Shown piece after piece: positions 49,201 to 63,360 of a DNA stretch of 64,000 nt. The DNA lies in NCBI GenBank assembly GCA_965655095.1, contig OZ296657.1, positions 44,082,001-44,146,000 on the forward strand. Reading direction: 5' to 3'. The stretch is from Haplodiscus bocki. Its lineage: Eukaryota. The translations under genes and the position numbers were made by a program. The first letter of the stretch is position 1. Each line of letters begins with the position of its first letter. The notes beneath the pieces were generated by a model. The model was not told the origin of the DNA and searched no databases. It saw only the letters and a program-made list of their open reading frames with translations.

Positions 49201-52200
49201 ATAGTTGACCACAAATTATCTGTGTAGTATATTTGACTGGTTTTATTTCGTCTATTTGTATTTCGTCAACTTTCATTTTTTTTCATCGTGTCTGAAATTT
49301 GTTGGCGGCTCTTGTGAATCAATTTGTTTGCGGCTCAATAAAAGAACCAAAATCATCCTTGCCCAGTAAATTTGTCACCAGAGAGTTTTGCAATAGGATG
49401 TTTTCATGTTTTTTTCTCTTGGAATGGAGTTTTTTACAACTATATGTTGCAACGATTGAGCAGAAAAATTTTTCCTTTGATCTACACCTCCATGAAATCA
49501 TCTGACTTTGTGGAAAAAAAGTTCTCATCAAATTGAAGGTTTTTCATTGCTGTGAAAATATATCGATTTTCATAACACCATAAAAACCAGACCATTCAGT
49601 GCGCTGAAAAAAAAATCAGTTGAAACATAGACGAAGCTGCTCTTCCCAGCACTTGAGTCAACAGAATACTGATGGAGAATTTGGACAAATTCAGCAAATT
49701 TTCAAAGGGTCCATATTTTTACAAAAAAGTACAGATTTAAAAAATAAACAGAAACTTAACTCGACGTCCAGCCACCACCGGGACAATTTGTGGCCTGTCA
49801 CCCAGCTAATTAAACCTATTAGAAAATTGAATTTTTTTTTGATAAAATACAATGTCAAGCAAGTCTTGATACTTTCTCCGAATTCGAAGTTCTTCTGATT
49901 TCTGCAGAAAACCCTCAATTATGGTGTAGGAAACAGAGTATAATGACGTATTATCATTTTTTGCACAATCTGCGGTGAGTTTGCCACCTTTTTCTATTCT
50001 GAAAAACTCCAGGTTTTCTCTATGAGAACCACCCTTGATTTTTTCCGAAGAACCCAAATGTTGTTTTTACCATAACAGTCGCCATATGGCAAAATTATGG
50101 TCATAACACGCTTTCAGATTCAGAACCGTTGAACATCGGACAATTTCGCATCGGACAACGTCATTGAACAAGTAGGCGTTAAAAATAGTATTTTAGCGGA
50201 AATAACTCAGATAGTTTTTATTAATTTTTATGCCCCTCTTATAAGTGCCAACGGCTGTAGTGGTGAAATGGTTTCATAATTAAAACATGCTGACACACTG
50301 CAAAGTAGGTCACTTGAATATATTTTATCAACTGAGCATAAAAAAATTTTTGTAAGGCAGCGAGAGAACATAAACAAAACCTGGGAACCACTGCGAGTTG
50401 TGGAAAATTGAACAAAAAATCCTCAGAAGCCATCGATAAAGCAATTGATTGTGCAGTCCAACAGTGAGGCGAAGTGGAGCTCGGCAAACATGTAAACTCA
50501 AGCAGGATCTAAATCTCCGCTCACTTGAAGCAACAAAAATGAGAGTTCCTTGAAAAGCCCCGAAATTTTCATCTTATCAAAATGATGCAATGCTTTCAAA
50601 ACGTTTACCTATATATCCTTATTTAAGGTCTTAATTGGTTTTATCCATGGAAAATGACAGTGTTGGCGGGCGGACAAGTTCTTCGTTGCTTAGTCATAAT
50701 CCAGGTTTTTGGTGCGTTGAAACACAAACCATGCAATTATTAACCTACTGCTATTTTGAAATCGTATTTTTATGGTCAGTTTTTTCAACGAAAAAAAACA
50801 TGATAAACAATTAAATTAGATGATTCGAAGCTTAACAAACATTTTTTATTAGTTTTAAGGTCCAGGAGCTCGGAGGTTAAGTTCAAGATCATCTGTCATC
50901 AACTACAGTATTTCGTTTAAATACTTGACACGTATTGAAACAATTTCAGTTTCTGGTTGGGTCTTTCACTGAGCACTAGAGATTTGAAAGAAGACGCCAC
51001 CGAAAAATTTGAGAACGTTAGGTTTCAAAAATTATAGTTTTCGAAATCAGAACCCCATTTTTTAAAAAAAGTTTCAAAGACGAAATTGATAAGTTGACAG
51101 TTTTCATAAGACCTGAAAGCCAAGTCTTCTAAGGAAAAAGACTCCACGAAAGTACCTTAAAGACCGGTTTTCAAAATTTGACTCAACTTCTCTAATCCTG
51201 CAGGCTAAAATGAGCGAATCGATGCAAGAAAATTCCTACAAACTTTTAGGATCAAAATTTACTAAAAGGATCAACCTAACAAAAACCCGGCGTGAGAGAA
51301 ATCCCGGAAACCTGGGAACAAGTACGAGTTTTGAACGATACGATAGAAAAACGGGTCAAACGTAATCAGCAGGCGTTCGCCAACGAAAATTTTTGATGCT
51401 TTGATTTCTGGAAAGTTTTGGAGCTCCGAACCATCGACGCAATTGGGAGTCACAACTTCAGCCCAAACATACTTCAGTGTCTTGTGATTCTGGACGAATC
51501 GTTTTCCAAATTCCGCGAGTCTAAACGTACTCAGTTATGAAAATCTACTCAATCATAGCGCCCACCATTCAAGAACATTCTGAAACCAAAACTCTCATTT
51601 GGAACGAATACGGACCACTGAAACGTTTTTCGCACATTGGCGCCGAAAACTTATCAACTCCCATGGCGCAAAAAGACCAAACAAATCAAAATGTTGAAAA
51701 AAATGGCTGACCATGTAGAAATGTAATTTTTTTCCGCTTTGAATGTCCGAAGCGAAGAAAAGTCGCCTCGGGAAAATTCACAACCCCCATATCGATTTGT
51801 AGAAAATACTTTCATGCCAAAAGTTTGGACTGTTATTTTTTTGAGGACATCGACAATGATCTTCGCGCAAAACATCTAGACCGCGTTTTGAAAAAAGAAC
51901 CGAAACTACAGTGACATTTTCTTCGTAAGACGCTCGTCTTATTTCGATTCGACCCAGTTTTCAGTGAAAAGTTTTATATCGTAGATATACAAAATATTAC
52001 CAAATAATGCTACCAACTAACTCGCAAAAAACACTGATCAACGGTTGGCGATAAATTAAAGGTTCATTCTAAACTTGCTAACTATTGGCTGAAAGTCGAA
52101 AAATGAGAGGTTAATGAACTTCGCTTTCGGCAAAACTTATTTCTTTCAAAACAAAAACTATGGTTTTGATGGACTAACTGTAGTATCTGGTTTTTTTTCT

Positions 52201-54139
52201 GCGGCAAAACTTCCGCTGGTGGGGGAACTTCCACAGACGACCCAGCAACAGGGATCGATGTGACACCAAGGTGGGGAGGCCCATGAGAAGCTGCCACAAG
52301 CCGATGAGTGACAGCGCCGCTCAACCCGTCATGGACACAGGCCTGAATAAGTGTCTCCAAAGCAGATACTGGAACACCCCCATCTGGACTCACTAAAAGC
52401 ACAACACATGATGATGGAAAACACCGAAGACAAATTGGCTTCGAAAAAAACACACACAAGACTAGGAAAGAAATGACAGGACAAGACAAGGAAACAAATG
52501 ACAGCTCCCTTTCACGAACACAAACACACGGGTAGCAGCAGATGGAAGAAAAAGAACTTGCCGAAGGACCCCCTCAGTTTGCAATGTATATCTCCAGCCA
52601 ACTGTCTAGACATCCCAAACAACTCTTTGCAGAAAAACTCAGAGGGAACCAAAGCCTGAAGATGTTTGATGATGTCTTCAGTCTCCATGTTACGTATGAA
52701 CAAGAAAAGAGAGTGAATTGCAGACACAAAAGAAGCGCACAACACACACCGGACACAGAGCACGCAACAGAAAAAACGATACGAAATAAAAGAAAAAAAA
52801 CTAACACAAAGGCGGCTGTTTCAATACCTTAACAAACTCAGGAGCAATGACGAGCTCATGGTCACTGTTACGATCGTAAACGCTTTCCAAAACACGCTCA
52901 ACACGCGGCTCACCCAGTGCCACAGCACCACTCTTCTCAGGGCCAGTCTGACACGACAACGTCTCCCTCAAATCCTCTGTGATTGACAATTGGGACTGTT
53001 CGAACATCCCCCGATTGAAATCTTCCATCAACTGGCGGAGCTCCGGATCCGGGGGATGAACAACATGATCTCCAGAAAACATGATATCGCAAAAACAAAA
53101 CTCTGAAAACACAAAAGGTTACGCACATCAACGACATTTCCCGAAAACAGAAAATGAACAAATATCGAAAGAAAGAAGGTTTCAAGGCTCGCGCAGACCG
53201 AAAGGACTGATCAAGCCGCAGGTCATAAATAACGAATTGAACACCCGAATCAAAGGAAAATATGCCGTGTCAACGCATTTTTCGGAGAAACTTCGCAGAA
53301 CGGAACAAAAAGGGGACTGAAATATGCTCGCGCACAGCTATCGAACTTTGGTTAAATGAGAAATTGGACAGAGGGATGAACTTGCCCAGGAAAAAGACGA
53401 ACAAAAGTCAGTGAGGGCGCGGCAAAAAAGTGACGACATCCTCAAAAAGGTATACTGTCAGAAAATGAAAAATCGGAGACGCCGCTCTGGAGTAGAGAGA
53501 GAAACACCAAGACTGGCGGACAACAACGCAAACTTTGTGAAATCCCGAATCAGCTGCCAGGATTTTTGACGATCAAAAACTCGACATTGTATTAGGAAAA
53601 ATAAAAGAAGCGCACAATTGGATGACGTGGCTGCATCCCAATCAAATTTCGTTGTTAACGATATGCAATCGTTTTGTGAAGATTACTTAAGCCGTTGCCA
53701 ACTTTTACTCGGGTACGCGGAGCAGTCTGATCACAGCCAACAAAAATTGAGAAATGATGATGTGCCCCGAGACAATAACAACTGGGACACTTTGACGTCA
53801 AAGTATTGGATCTTTCGCCGGAAAAGTGATGGTCATCTTATCGAATATAGAAGTAGCGCAGCACGACGAAAATGTGGCACCGCCGTTTGTCAATCAAATT
53901 AATGAACATACCAGTGACCGAACTTGGCGAAGCCGCAATGTCAAAGATGTGAGAAGTTCGTGATCACTAGCCATTTCACCCAACGTAGCGAAAGACTTCC
54001 AAATCATTTTCAAATCCCATAACAGAAACAGCGAAGGACCGATCATGCCCCAACTAAAGAAGGCCATATCGTTACCGGAGAAATAGTACCATCTTGCAAA
54101 ACTGGCCCGCACTTCCCGTTTCAAACTGCAGAGGGGAAG

Positions 54140-55403
54140 TGTCATGCCAGCATGATGGAAATATAAACTCTACATAAATTTGAATATGCAATTAGCCTAT
54201 GTTGTATGCATGAAGTTTTAAATCAACTGTTAAAACCTAATACATAAGCAGTTTATGCAGCTCTATAACAACACACCGATATGAACGCCACTATGTCTTT
54301 TTACTTCCTCCCCATTGGTATGAAAGCGGGTTATGTCCTATATAACGAAATCTGTACTACAATACTGTTAGTCAGGCGCCTACAGTAGCTTTGGTGAAAG
54401 TTTTCCTAATCACGATAATTCGAACTCGTCGGGTGTTTCCTAAATCAACCTCTTACTACCAGTGCAATGAGTGCAATTTAATTAAATTATATCACGTTGT
54501 AAATTTCGTGATATCAGCATCACGCAAAGGACACTATTCGCACGCATCGTCACAAGATAGTATGAACATCGTGTTAGCAGCATTCTCCAATCTCATTCAT
54601 TAGTGCCGTGAGCAATAGTATCTCAAGACGGTTTACTTTCCGTCATTTCAGCCATTTCTACTTAGCTGAATTGAAGTCTGTCAGTTAGTTCAGGTAAGGA
54701 TGCTATTAAGGAGGTTTGATTTTCGTGATCGGCCTTAGCCAATCAGATTGTAAACTCGACATGAAAAATTTGTGCTAAAAATGAGGTGCAATTATCGTTA
54801 TCACCTGTTGAATACATTTAGATGTGAAGAAAGCATCTAACCACGGGCCCGAATCATGAACACGTGACCGAATCAAAACCACGTGACTAATTAATGCTAG
54901 CAATTTGGCACTCAAAAAGTGGATTTGAGTAGACCAACGATTACCGCGATAGAGAGAAGTAGTGCGTCTCACAACACATCTTTCTTAACGAACTTCTGCT
55001 TGCTATTAACCTACCTTTGTGAATACTTTAACTCTCATCACTGAAATTAACTATAACTCTGCTGAATTCAACTATATAATCTAACCACAGCCTTTTCCCT
55101 TGATGTATGAAAAGATCCATCGCGGTTGAGACTGAAGAAACAGATAATTGCACTGAAGTTTACTTCAACATACTCCAATAAGATTGTCAGATCCCGAAAT
55201 CGAGACATCACCAAGTGAAGCCGTTACGTCTGAAGACGTTGAGCGCCAATTAAGAGCTGTAACAGACCCGCTCACTCAACAGTTAGCTCATCTTTTTGAG
55301 CTAATGAAGGAACTAAGGGATGCACAAACGCGCAGACGCCACGAAGAGACCGCCTCCTCAAGAGCTGCTTGCACTCCTACAGGCATCGCAAGCCCGTTTG
55401 ACA
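54140..55403 (+). mobile_element. Probable solo LTR (TGTCA...TGACA) containing a gag-start-like ORF
   Basis: Terminal inverted TGTCA/TGACA and a composition shift at the left end; helical ORF 55184-55411 runs to the terminal CA. No TSD found and the left boundary is uncertain. Confidence 0.45.
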
Positions 55404-56316
55404 CTAACTAATATGTATTTTGATATTGTTGTAGCTACGTTTTTTCCATAAAGATCTTGATACTTTGTGTTTAGTAAATTCAAATCAACACTAATCTCCT
55501 AAATTTATCGAAACTAATTCTTCATCTCTCTTTCTATTTGAATTGAATTCTGTCTTGCAAAGTCAAACTTATAATGAAAAGCTCGAACTTCATCAAACAA
55601 GCTGTAAAAACTAGACTTGTTCTATTACGCTTCAGATATGAGAAATAGAACTTCATAAAATTAGTGCACGAGAGCTGTGCAAATTGTACTAATAACACCT
55701 AATGAATCTTATCAAACTCGAAAACTTCATCAACATCAAATCGATTTATCTATTTTCCACCACATACTAACGCTTTTCCAGCAGAGCTCAGGGTTCAATT
55801 CACGTATCGAAAAAGGAGCAGCAGAAAACGTACTCACTCCATATCCTTTAAATTTCAACGTGTTTTTCTAGCAGCTATCTTGTGTATCTTGTGATACCGA
55901 AACAACAGACGCATGAAAGCTAAACCATGGATTGTGGACTTTTCAAAATGCGAGTGCTTGGGACTAGTCAGTGAACTTAATAATCGTATCTACCCTAGAG
56001 TTGACCAAAAGAAGATGCTGAGATTTGGGCGTGATCAGAATTGACAATCCGTTTTATGCAGCAAAATTCCGCTGTTTCAGGGCAATCAAAGCTTTAAGAC
56101 TCCATCCGAACACTTTAGTTGAGTAAGATGTTTTTTAAATTGGTTGCGAAGTGGATAAATTGGCGTAATCACTCTTACCTGATTTTTTGGAGGACTTCCC
56201 GTACGTTGTATGAAAAATCAACGTTCAAATAGATAATTCGTAAATGAAAACAGATATATAAAGATTTGAATTTGATTCGCTTTGATATGTTTGGTTGCAA
56301 ATAATATGCATCATTG

Positions 56317-56999
56317 GGGGGCAGGACAAAACAGCTGATTTTAAATGAGACAAAAGCGCCGGTTTTGGAAACGGGACAAAACCGCCGATTTTAAAGTGAG
56401 ACAAAACCGGCGATTTTGTAAAAGAGAACAAGCTTTATCAAAATTGTTTCTCTGATAAAAGCGTCTTGGCCTAATTATCGATTATATTACCAATTATTAT
56501 CACCTAAAACTGAAATGTCACCTCCTGAAAGCAATTTTTGCGGCTAATAAATTTTCGAAAATGCCAACACCAAAGATTTTTATTAAAGTCCTCGCTTCCG
56601 ATTAACCTAAATTTGCAGTGCCGACTCTCTATCTTTTGTGTACCGAACTCCTCTGGATAAGCAAAATTTCTGAAAAAAACAACCACCATTACCAAAATAT
56701 TCAGAAATGTTTTTTTTCGATTATTTTCAGTTCATGCATTTGGGTATCAAAAACCAGAAAATTAAATGGCGCAAAAATTAAAATACGTTGGTTTTTGTGG
56801 TAGTTTTCAGTTTCATTGGCATCTCATTAGGTGACAGAAAATTTAGTTTAGCAGATATTGGGATTATCAATTTCTCTAATTTTCTGTTCCTAGCCGTCCA
56901 GAATTTTAAACTTGCCGTTTTGCAAAAATTCAAATTTGGGTCAAATCTAAAATCGGTTGTTTTGTCCCACTCTAAAATCGGCGGTTTTGTCTCGCATCC
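56317..56999. mobile_element. MITE with repeated subterminal 24-25-bp motif
   Basis: Four copies of ~g(g/a)gacaaaaccgccgatttt at the left end and inverted copies aaaatcggcggttttgtc at the right end. Confidence 0.75.
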
Positions 57000-57191
57000 G
57001 GATCATTGCCTTCAGTTCTTGTTTTTAACTTTTGGAGATGGCTGTTGGAAACACATCCATGGTTGTCGTTTTATTCAGCAATTACAATGAATTGATTTCA
57101 TTGCACCCACGGAAATTCAACCGTAGCAAATTAATGACCTCATTTTCCGACTACCAGAGAGTTTCACCATTAACTGAGACTTTTCGAAGAA

Positions 57192-59366
57192 TTTGTTCGC
57201 GATCTCCTTCGGGTCATACACTGGCTTCTCGAAGGCGATGGCCTGTGATCCGGTCTTCTTCACATTGCCAGAGAGCGTCTTGATTGTGTTCCAGAGACGC
57301 TTGACCCCGATTCTTAGGTCGCATTTTTCCAGATGCTCTGTCCATTTTTCGCGGTGGTGTTCCTCGACTAGATCACGAATCTTCTTGTTCATCTGGTTTA
57401 TTTGTGGTGCGGCCGGATTTTGAGCCCGAAGTTTATTTCTTTCGTCCGCAAGCTTGGCTGCTGCGGTGGGGAATCCAGGTTGGACGGTGGAGATTCTGCC
57501 ATTTGGAATGAATATTCGAGCGATTTTCAAGACCAGCTCCACGGAACGCGCTTTGATTACCGCAATGGAGGTCGAGAGAGTAGTTCAAAGCACAGAACCT
57601 TCCAAGGCCCTTGGTCCGGGTGAACTATCACCGCTGATGCTGAAACATCTGGGACCGAAAGCCCACAGTAACATCGCAGGGATGTTCCAGACGAGTCTCA
57701 ACACGGGATTGATACCAAGTATCTGGAAAACGGCACGTATCATCCCGTTGCTGAAATCAGCAAAATCGGATGACACTGGCAAGAGCTACCGCCCCGTCTC
57801 GCTCCTTTCCCCGCTAGCGAAGGCGCTAGAGACGCTCCTTTTTCCTACGCTGACTGAACACCTACCGGTGGCTGACCATCAGCATGGATTCCGGAAAGGA
57901 CGGTCCACTACGACAGCTCTCTACGAGATCGACTGCCACATAACAAGAGGCCTCAATAAGCGCAAACCGGATGACAGAACAGTTTTCGTTGCCTTGGACC
58001 TCCGAGCCATTTTTGACACGGTCAATATCAACAAGCTTTTGAACATCATAATTGCCTCAAAGATCCCAAAGTACACCAAGCGCCGGCTCTGCTCCTACCT
58101 ACGAGGACGCCAGACGTATGTGGAGTTTAGAAACACCAAGTCCACTTTTCGCAAAGTGAGAGCAGGTGTACGGCAAGGAGGTGTGCTGTCACCCATCCTG
58201 TTCAACGCCTACATCTCTGGACTGCCAACAACACCTGACGGCATCAAACTCACATCGTACGCGGACAACTGCACGTCATACTCGTCAGGGCCTACTATTC
58301 CCCCAATTTGTGAGAAGTTGAACAGCCACCTGACTACCGTGCATGAGTGGCTTGAAGAGCATGATCTGGAACCTCTCCTGGCAAGTCACGGCAACAGTCT
58401 TCACCACCTTCAGTCAGGAAGTAAGCATGTCACTGCCGATCAAAATCGGACAGCATACAGTACCGACCACGAGGAACCCGAAGATACTGGGAGTCACCCT
58501 GGACAGCCTTCACACATTCAACGCCAACTCCATCCAATAACACCCTCAACAAAATAAGGAAGCGGAACTCCGTGCTGAAGGCTCTTGCTGGTTCGAGCTG
58601 GGGAAAGACAAAGAACTCCTCACAACGACCTACAAGGCCATCTCACGGTCTCTTGTCAACTATGCCGCCTCAATCTGGACGCCAGCACTTCGTGACACTC
58701 ACTGGAGCAAGCTGCAAGCGGCTCAGAACTCATCTTTACGCGTCATCACTGGATGCACCAAGATGACACACATCGATGAGCTTCACCGCGAGACAAAACT
58801 CCTACCAGAGAAAGAACACAAAACGATGCTCTCCAGACAGTTCCTTCTCCAAACTCACCAGAAGAACCACCCTAACCGACAATGGAACCACACGGACCCA
58901 CCTCAAAGACTCATGAAGCCGACCCTAATCAGCTGCCACCAAGACTCAATCGAGCCACTACTGACGAACACCGAAGGATGGTACAAAGTAGCATCAAGTC
59001 GATTCATACAACCGCAGTGAGCAACACCATCAACGGATACGAACCGAACAAGGTTTTGCAGAGGATACCTCCAGTAATCAGCCCTGACGAGCGGAGACTA
59101 CCACGAAGCACCAGAACAACCCTGGCGCAGCTACGAAGTGGCTACTGTCCTCTTTTGACCTCGTACATGAGCCGACTGGACCCGAGTGTCAAGAATGGGT
59201 GCCCCCTCTGCAAATCCCAACCTCACGACACAGCTCACCTCTTCAGTTGCCCACAAAGGCCGACCACACTGGAGGCGACCAGCTTGTGCGAGAACCCGAT
59301 AGAAGCAGCCCAGCTCCTCAATCTCATCCCGGACAACTAATCCTCTCAACGGCTACAACAACAACA
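57192..59366 (+). mobile_element. 5'-truncated, 5'-inverted non-LTR retrotransposon (RT plus C-terminal CCHC, (CAA)n tail)
   Basis: RT motifs SYRPVSLL, QHGFR, ALDL.AIFDTV, GVRQGGVLSP, YADN; CPLC..PHDTAHLFSCP; tail acaacaacaac; 13-bp TSD acttttcgaagaa at 57179-57191 and 59367-59379. Confidence 0.92.
57556..59340 (+). pseudogene. LINE reverse transcriptase ORF2 fragment with frameshifts
   Basis: ORFs 57454-58557, 58343-58540, 58572-58766, 58763-59020 and 58882-59340 tile one RT/thumb/zinc-finger protein. Confidence 0.88.
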
Positions 59367-62300
59367 ACTTTTCGAAGAACAATCTCCCAGTTTTCGCTCA
59401 ATCTTCTCCAAATAGTCTATCATCCATTTCCTTTCCAACCAGTGATGTTGAAAACACTGTTAAGACTTTTTCAGAAATTTGCGATAAGTTTTTTAGATTT
59501 CTTTCGTTAATTCATTACATTATAGCACTTTTCATGTCCAACGATTATAGTTCACTTTGATTTGACTCCATGACCCAATTTTTTGCAAACATCAGCCTTC
59601 CTTGTAACAGGGATTTGGGTGCAGTCTGAATGTTTTCCGGGAAACTTTCGGACTTTTTCTTGCAAAAATTAACTGCTGGGTTGGAATTTGCTTCGAGTAC
59701 TTACATAGTGGTTTTTAATTATCTTCTGTTCGCATGATTCAGTTACGGAGTTCAATAATATTTCGGACCACTACGACTGAAACAGGCTTGAAATGCTCTG
59801 TTACTTTTCTTTACTTTTCTGTTCTATTGCAACATCGATTTTGTGCAGGCTCCAATCTTTTTAAGTCAGCGTCACTTAGATCTGGCCTTTGCGCAATTGC
59901 ATAGACTCGTCTCGGGGAACAACACTAGCTAGTTTTCCTTCTCCGAAGTCCATGTGAGCATGTGAAAAACTCCATCTTTCGGAGTGTGATAGCAGTAAGA
60001 ACGAGTCCCGAGCGACTTAGATTATCAACTTTTCAATCAACAAGTCTATAGGAATCTGCACTCGGTGATATCAAAGTTCGGTTTAGATGATGTTGCATTG
60101 AAAAACCAGTTTTTGAACAGAGTGCAACCCGCAACCCAATACAAGGAGACATGTGAATACACTTTTTAAGGCCGGATTTCTCATAGTTCCAAGGATTTCA
60201 AAATCGTGCACCATATAATTCACATTTCCCAAGTGATCGCAAGCTGGAAGCACGAAAAATTGCTCTGGACAGCAACGACTGGCTAACGGTTGTTAATCCC
60301 ATGACGTTCCCGAACGTTCAGTTGATAAGAACTATACATCATGTGGCTGCGGAGTGCACTGCCGTAGATTTTTGATGACAAATTTCATCTGTAAAAGGCA
60401 TAAATGCTGAAGCCAGTAAAATTTCCATACCTCTCACGCAGGGCATCTTTGACAATACTATTGCAGCTTATGCGTTTATCTAAAAGAAAACATGGCAGTT
60501 GAACTTTATCATTACCGAAAACCCAAAATTGCCAATTTTGCCTGTTGAAAGAATCAATGCTTACATATCGCGCATTGTAAGGTTTACAGAGATACAATCA
60601 AGAAGAGGAAAATTAGTATACTTGGACTGAAGTCATAGGAATTGACAACGAGGCCTGTTTTTTAGTTCTGTTTTGTTCAAATGGAGTCATACCGATTTAG
60701 AGCCGGCTTGTTTGATATAAGATAACGGCTAACACCAAGGAACGAAAAAAAATTGATAGATCAATGCAGTTGCAATTGTGTTGTAGCGACAGGTCCTGGA
60801 GAAGAAAAGGACCGTATTGACTTGCATCAAATCTTGAGATAATGGCGGCTGCGATATATCTTTTGCTATTAGGTTCCTACTATTCAATGCTGTTAGTCTT
60901 TTCCTTAGTTTCATCAAAGAACTACCTCTCTGCAGTTTGCCAAAATAGATATAGAAAAATAACAGCTAGCATTGTATCTTGTCTTTGAAAGGTCTAGCAT
61001 TCATATTTCAAAAAATAGAGACAAGCAAGAATGTAAAACTAGAGGAGAGCGTTACGTCCGATTGTCTACTGCATGCTTTTGGTTAAGATCTACATTAAAT
61101 ATTTCAAGTAGAAATTTAAAATGTTAGGCGCTAAAAACACAACGGACCTTTCATATTTTGGATCCGGAGAACCTTAATGCAATGTTGATTTCGATTTACT
61201 AACACTCTGGTCTTATTACTGTCGAAATAATAATTAAAGTGCTTTTTTGTCCTTGAATTTTGGGTGGCCTCTCATTTGAGGTATTTCAAAATTAATCCGC
61301 TCCAAACTGTTAGTAATACGTATTACAGTGTCTGACAATGCTTTGTCAATTTAGTATTCGGATGACTCTAACCATTAAAATGACGCTACCTCATCATCCT
61401 TCAGTGAACATCCACTCAATTGACCCTGCCGTGAAATTTGAAGCAGTTCCACTCCTGTAGTTGCCGTTTCTTGGAGGCAAATAACACTTTCTCTGTGAGG
61501 TTTACATCTCTTCCAGAAAAATATTAATTGAAAGGTCACAGAACAGGATTGTTACCATGGCTGAGAAGGGTGATCTTGACTAAAAATCTTGGGAAAAAAA
61601 TTAATGGCGGGCGCGCCTATTAAGAGATAACAAGTATCAAGATTTTTTGAAAGTTGCTCAAAGCTTTCTGCTCCAGCTATTGGTTTGCTTCAGGTTTCCT
61701 ACAAAAAGAAAACAGCTCAGCCCTGCAAGATCATTGAAATATACCTGGGCTCAACGGATTTTTTGTAGAAACAGAGCTGTAGGTGGCATCGCACTCAGTA
61801 ACGAGAGGTTGCTAAGCAAAAGACATGAGTTTGCGACGCATCAAGTACAATTCTAATCTCAGATCGAAACGTCCTCCAAACGTACTTTTCGTACCACTTG
61901 CTGAATACCTGCTCAAACTTCAGCTTAGACAATATGAAAGTCAGTGACTGCTTTCATTTAGACAATTAAAACGAAAGCATTGGCCGTAGCGACAGAAATT
62001 TGAAGCTCATCTAAAAAGTTTAAGCTATTGGATCTTCAAATATTAAATATAGCATTAAAACGGACCAAGAAGTTGAATTTACGGCTCAGTGATTAAAGTG
62101 TCAAAAGCGTGCTCCATAAAACGGCTAAAAGTTGATTGGAACTTTCAACACAGGATTAACGATTTGTCAGTTCGAATATGATCTTTGCTTAATTGACCCG
62201 CACGGTATCCTACAGATGTTTATTCTTGCTCGCGACTTCCCCTAACAGTCAGCGTCAATCCTGAGAAACTATTGTTTCGAAAAAAGTTTTAATTTGTTTA

Positions 62301-62799
62301 CACATCTTCAGAACTGCAGAAAAACATTTCCTAACGGAATTGATAAAATTTGGTTGTGGGGTGGCAGTCACAGCAGACAAGAACCTAAAAATTTAGCAGA
62401 AAAAATAACAGATCGTAAGGAACATAGGACTGGGTGATGACAATTTCTACACGGTCAGAAAATTGGACACTTTCACTCAAAACAGGCATTATTTGGTTGG
62501 CAGAAACGGAAAAAAAGTTTCGAATTCAGAGTTTTGATTCGATGATTTTTTTCCACATTATGCATATGGGCGGAAAATATTAACTGTTTAATGAGTGGTA
62601 GAAACCCGAAGAGCTTACTGCAAGTGGAATTAGAGATGAAGGCATTGATTTTTAGCTGGGCTTGGTAACAATTCATTGAGACAAAACAGTTGAAATAACA
62701 GATAATGAGAAAACTTTTTGACCAAAAAAGCTGGTGCCTTCATCTTAAGCAAACTTTCAGTTGATTACAAAACTAGACGGCCGGCATATTTTGTGAATA

Positions 62800-63360
62800 C
62801 CCATTTTTGTAAAGAAGGCTTTTAAAAAGATGAAAACGTTTTTTTTCTCGAAAAAAACACTCTTTCTTCATCATAGTTTCTAATTTTTCCAACGTTCAAA
62901 GTTTTCTGATTTTTTTCCAGTAGAATCTCATAAATATGGCGGAAGACATTTTTAAGAAATAAAATCATTTGATGCGCATTTTACAGCAAATTTGCCACTT
63001 TTAGCGATTTTGAATAAGATTCAAGTTTTTTTTTGAAAAACCCATCTATTTTTTTCAAACAAAACCCAAATTTTGACGTTTTGAGAAACCTTACTATTTC
63101 AGTCTCGGCAATCTTGGCAATCATGGTAATCTTAGCAACTGTGGCAATTGTAACAATAGTGGCATTTGTGGCAACTTTGGCCATTTTCGACACTTTGGTC
63201 ATTTTGGCCACTTTGGCCATTTTGGCCATTTTGGGCATTTTGGCCAAACGCAAGCCAACATAGTTTTTATTGCTCAATTGGCAAAAATCGGGTAAAAAAA
63301 CGCACCTATTTGAGAGGAAAATTTTGCTTTCATATTCTAAAGAATATGCGCAAAATAACA
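62800..63360 (+). repeat. Copy of the dispersed repeat family seen at 13360-13790
   Basis: Collinear blocks with 13360-13790, interrupted by a 9-bp tandem array. Confidence 0.6.
63104..63246. repeat. 9-bp minisatellite (tggccattt/tggcaatct), ~16 degenerate units
   Basis: Directly visible; it produces the spurious xAK-repeat ORFs. Confidence 0.85.

Noticed and set aside
46300-50100. Possible decayed DNA-transposon gene (WRC..C..H, FLYWCH-like at ~49400-49500)
   Set aside because: Fragmentary frames; no catalytic motif or termini recognised.
59500-62700. Possible further LINE relic on the minus strand
   Set aside because: Only faint motif traces; boundaries and identity unsupported.
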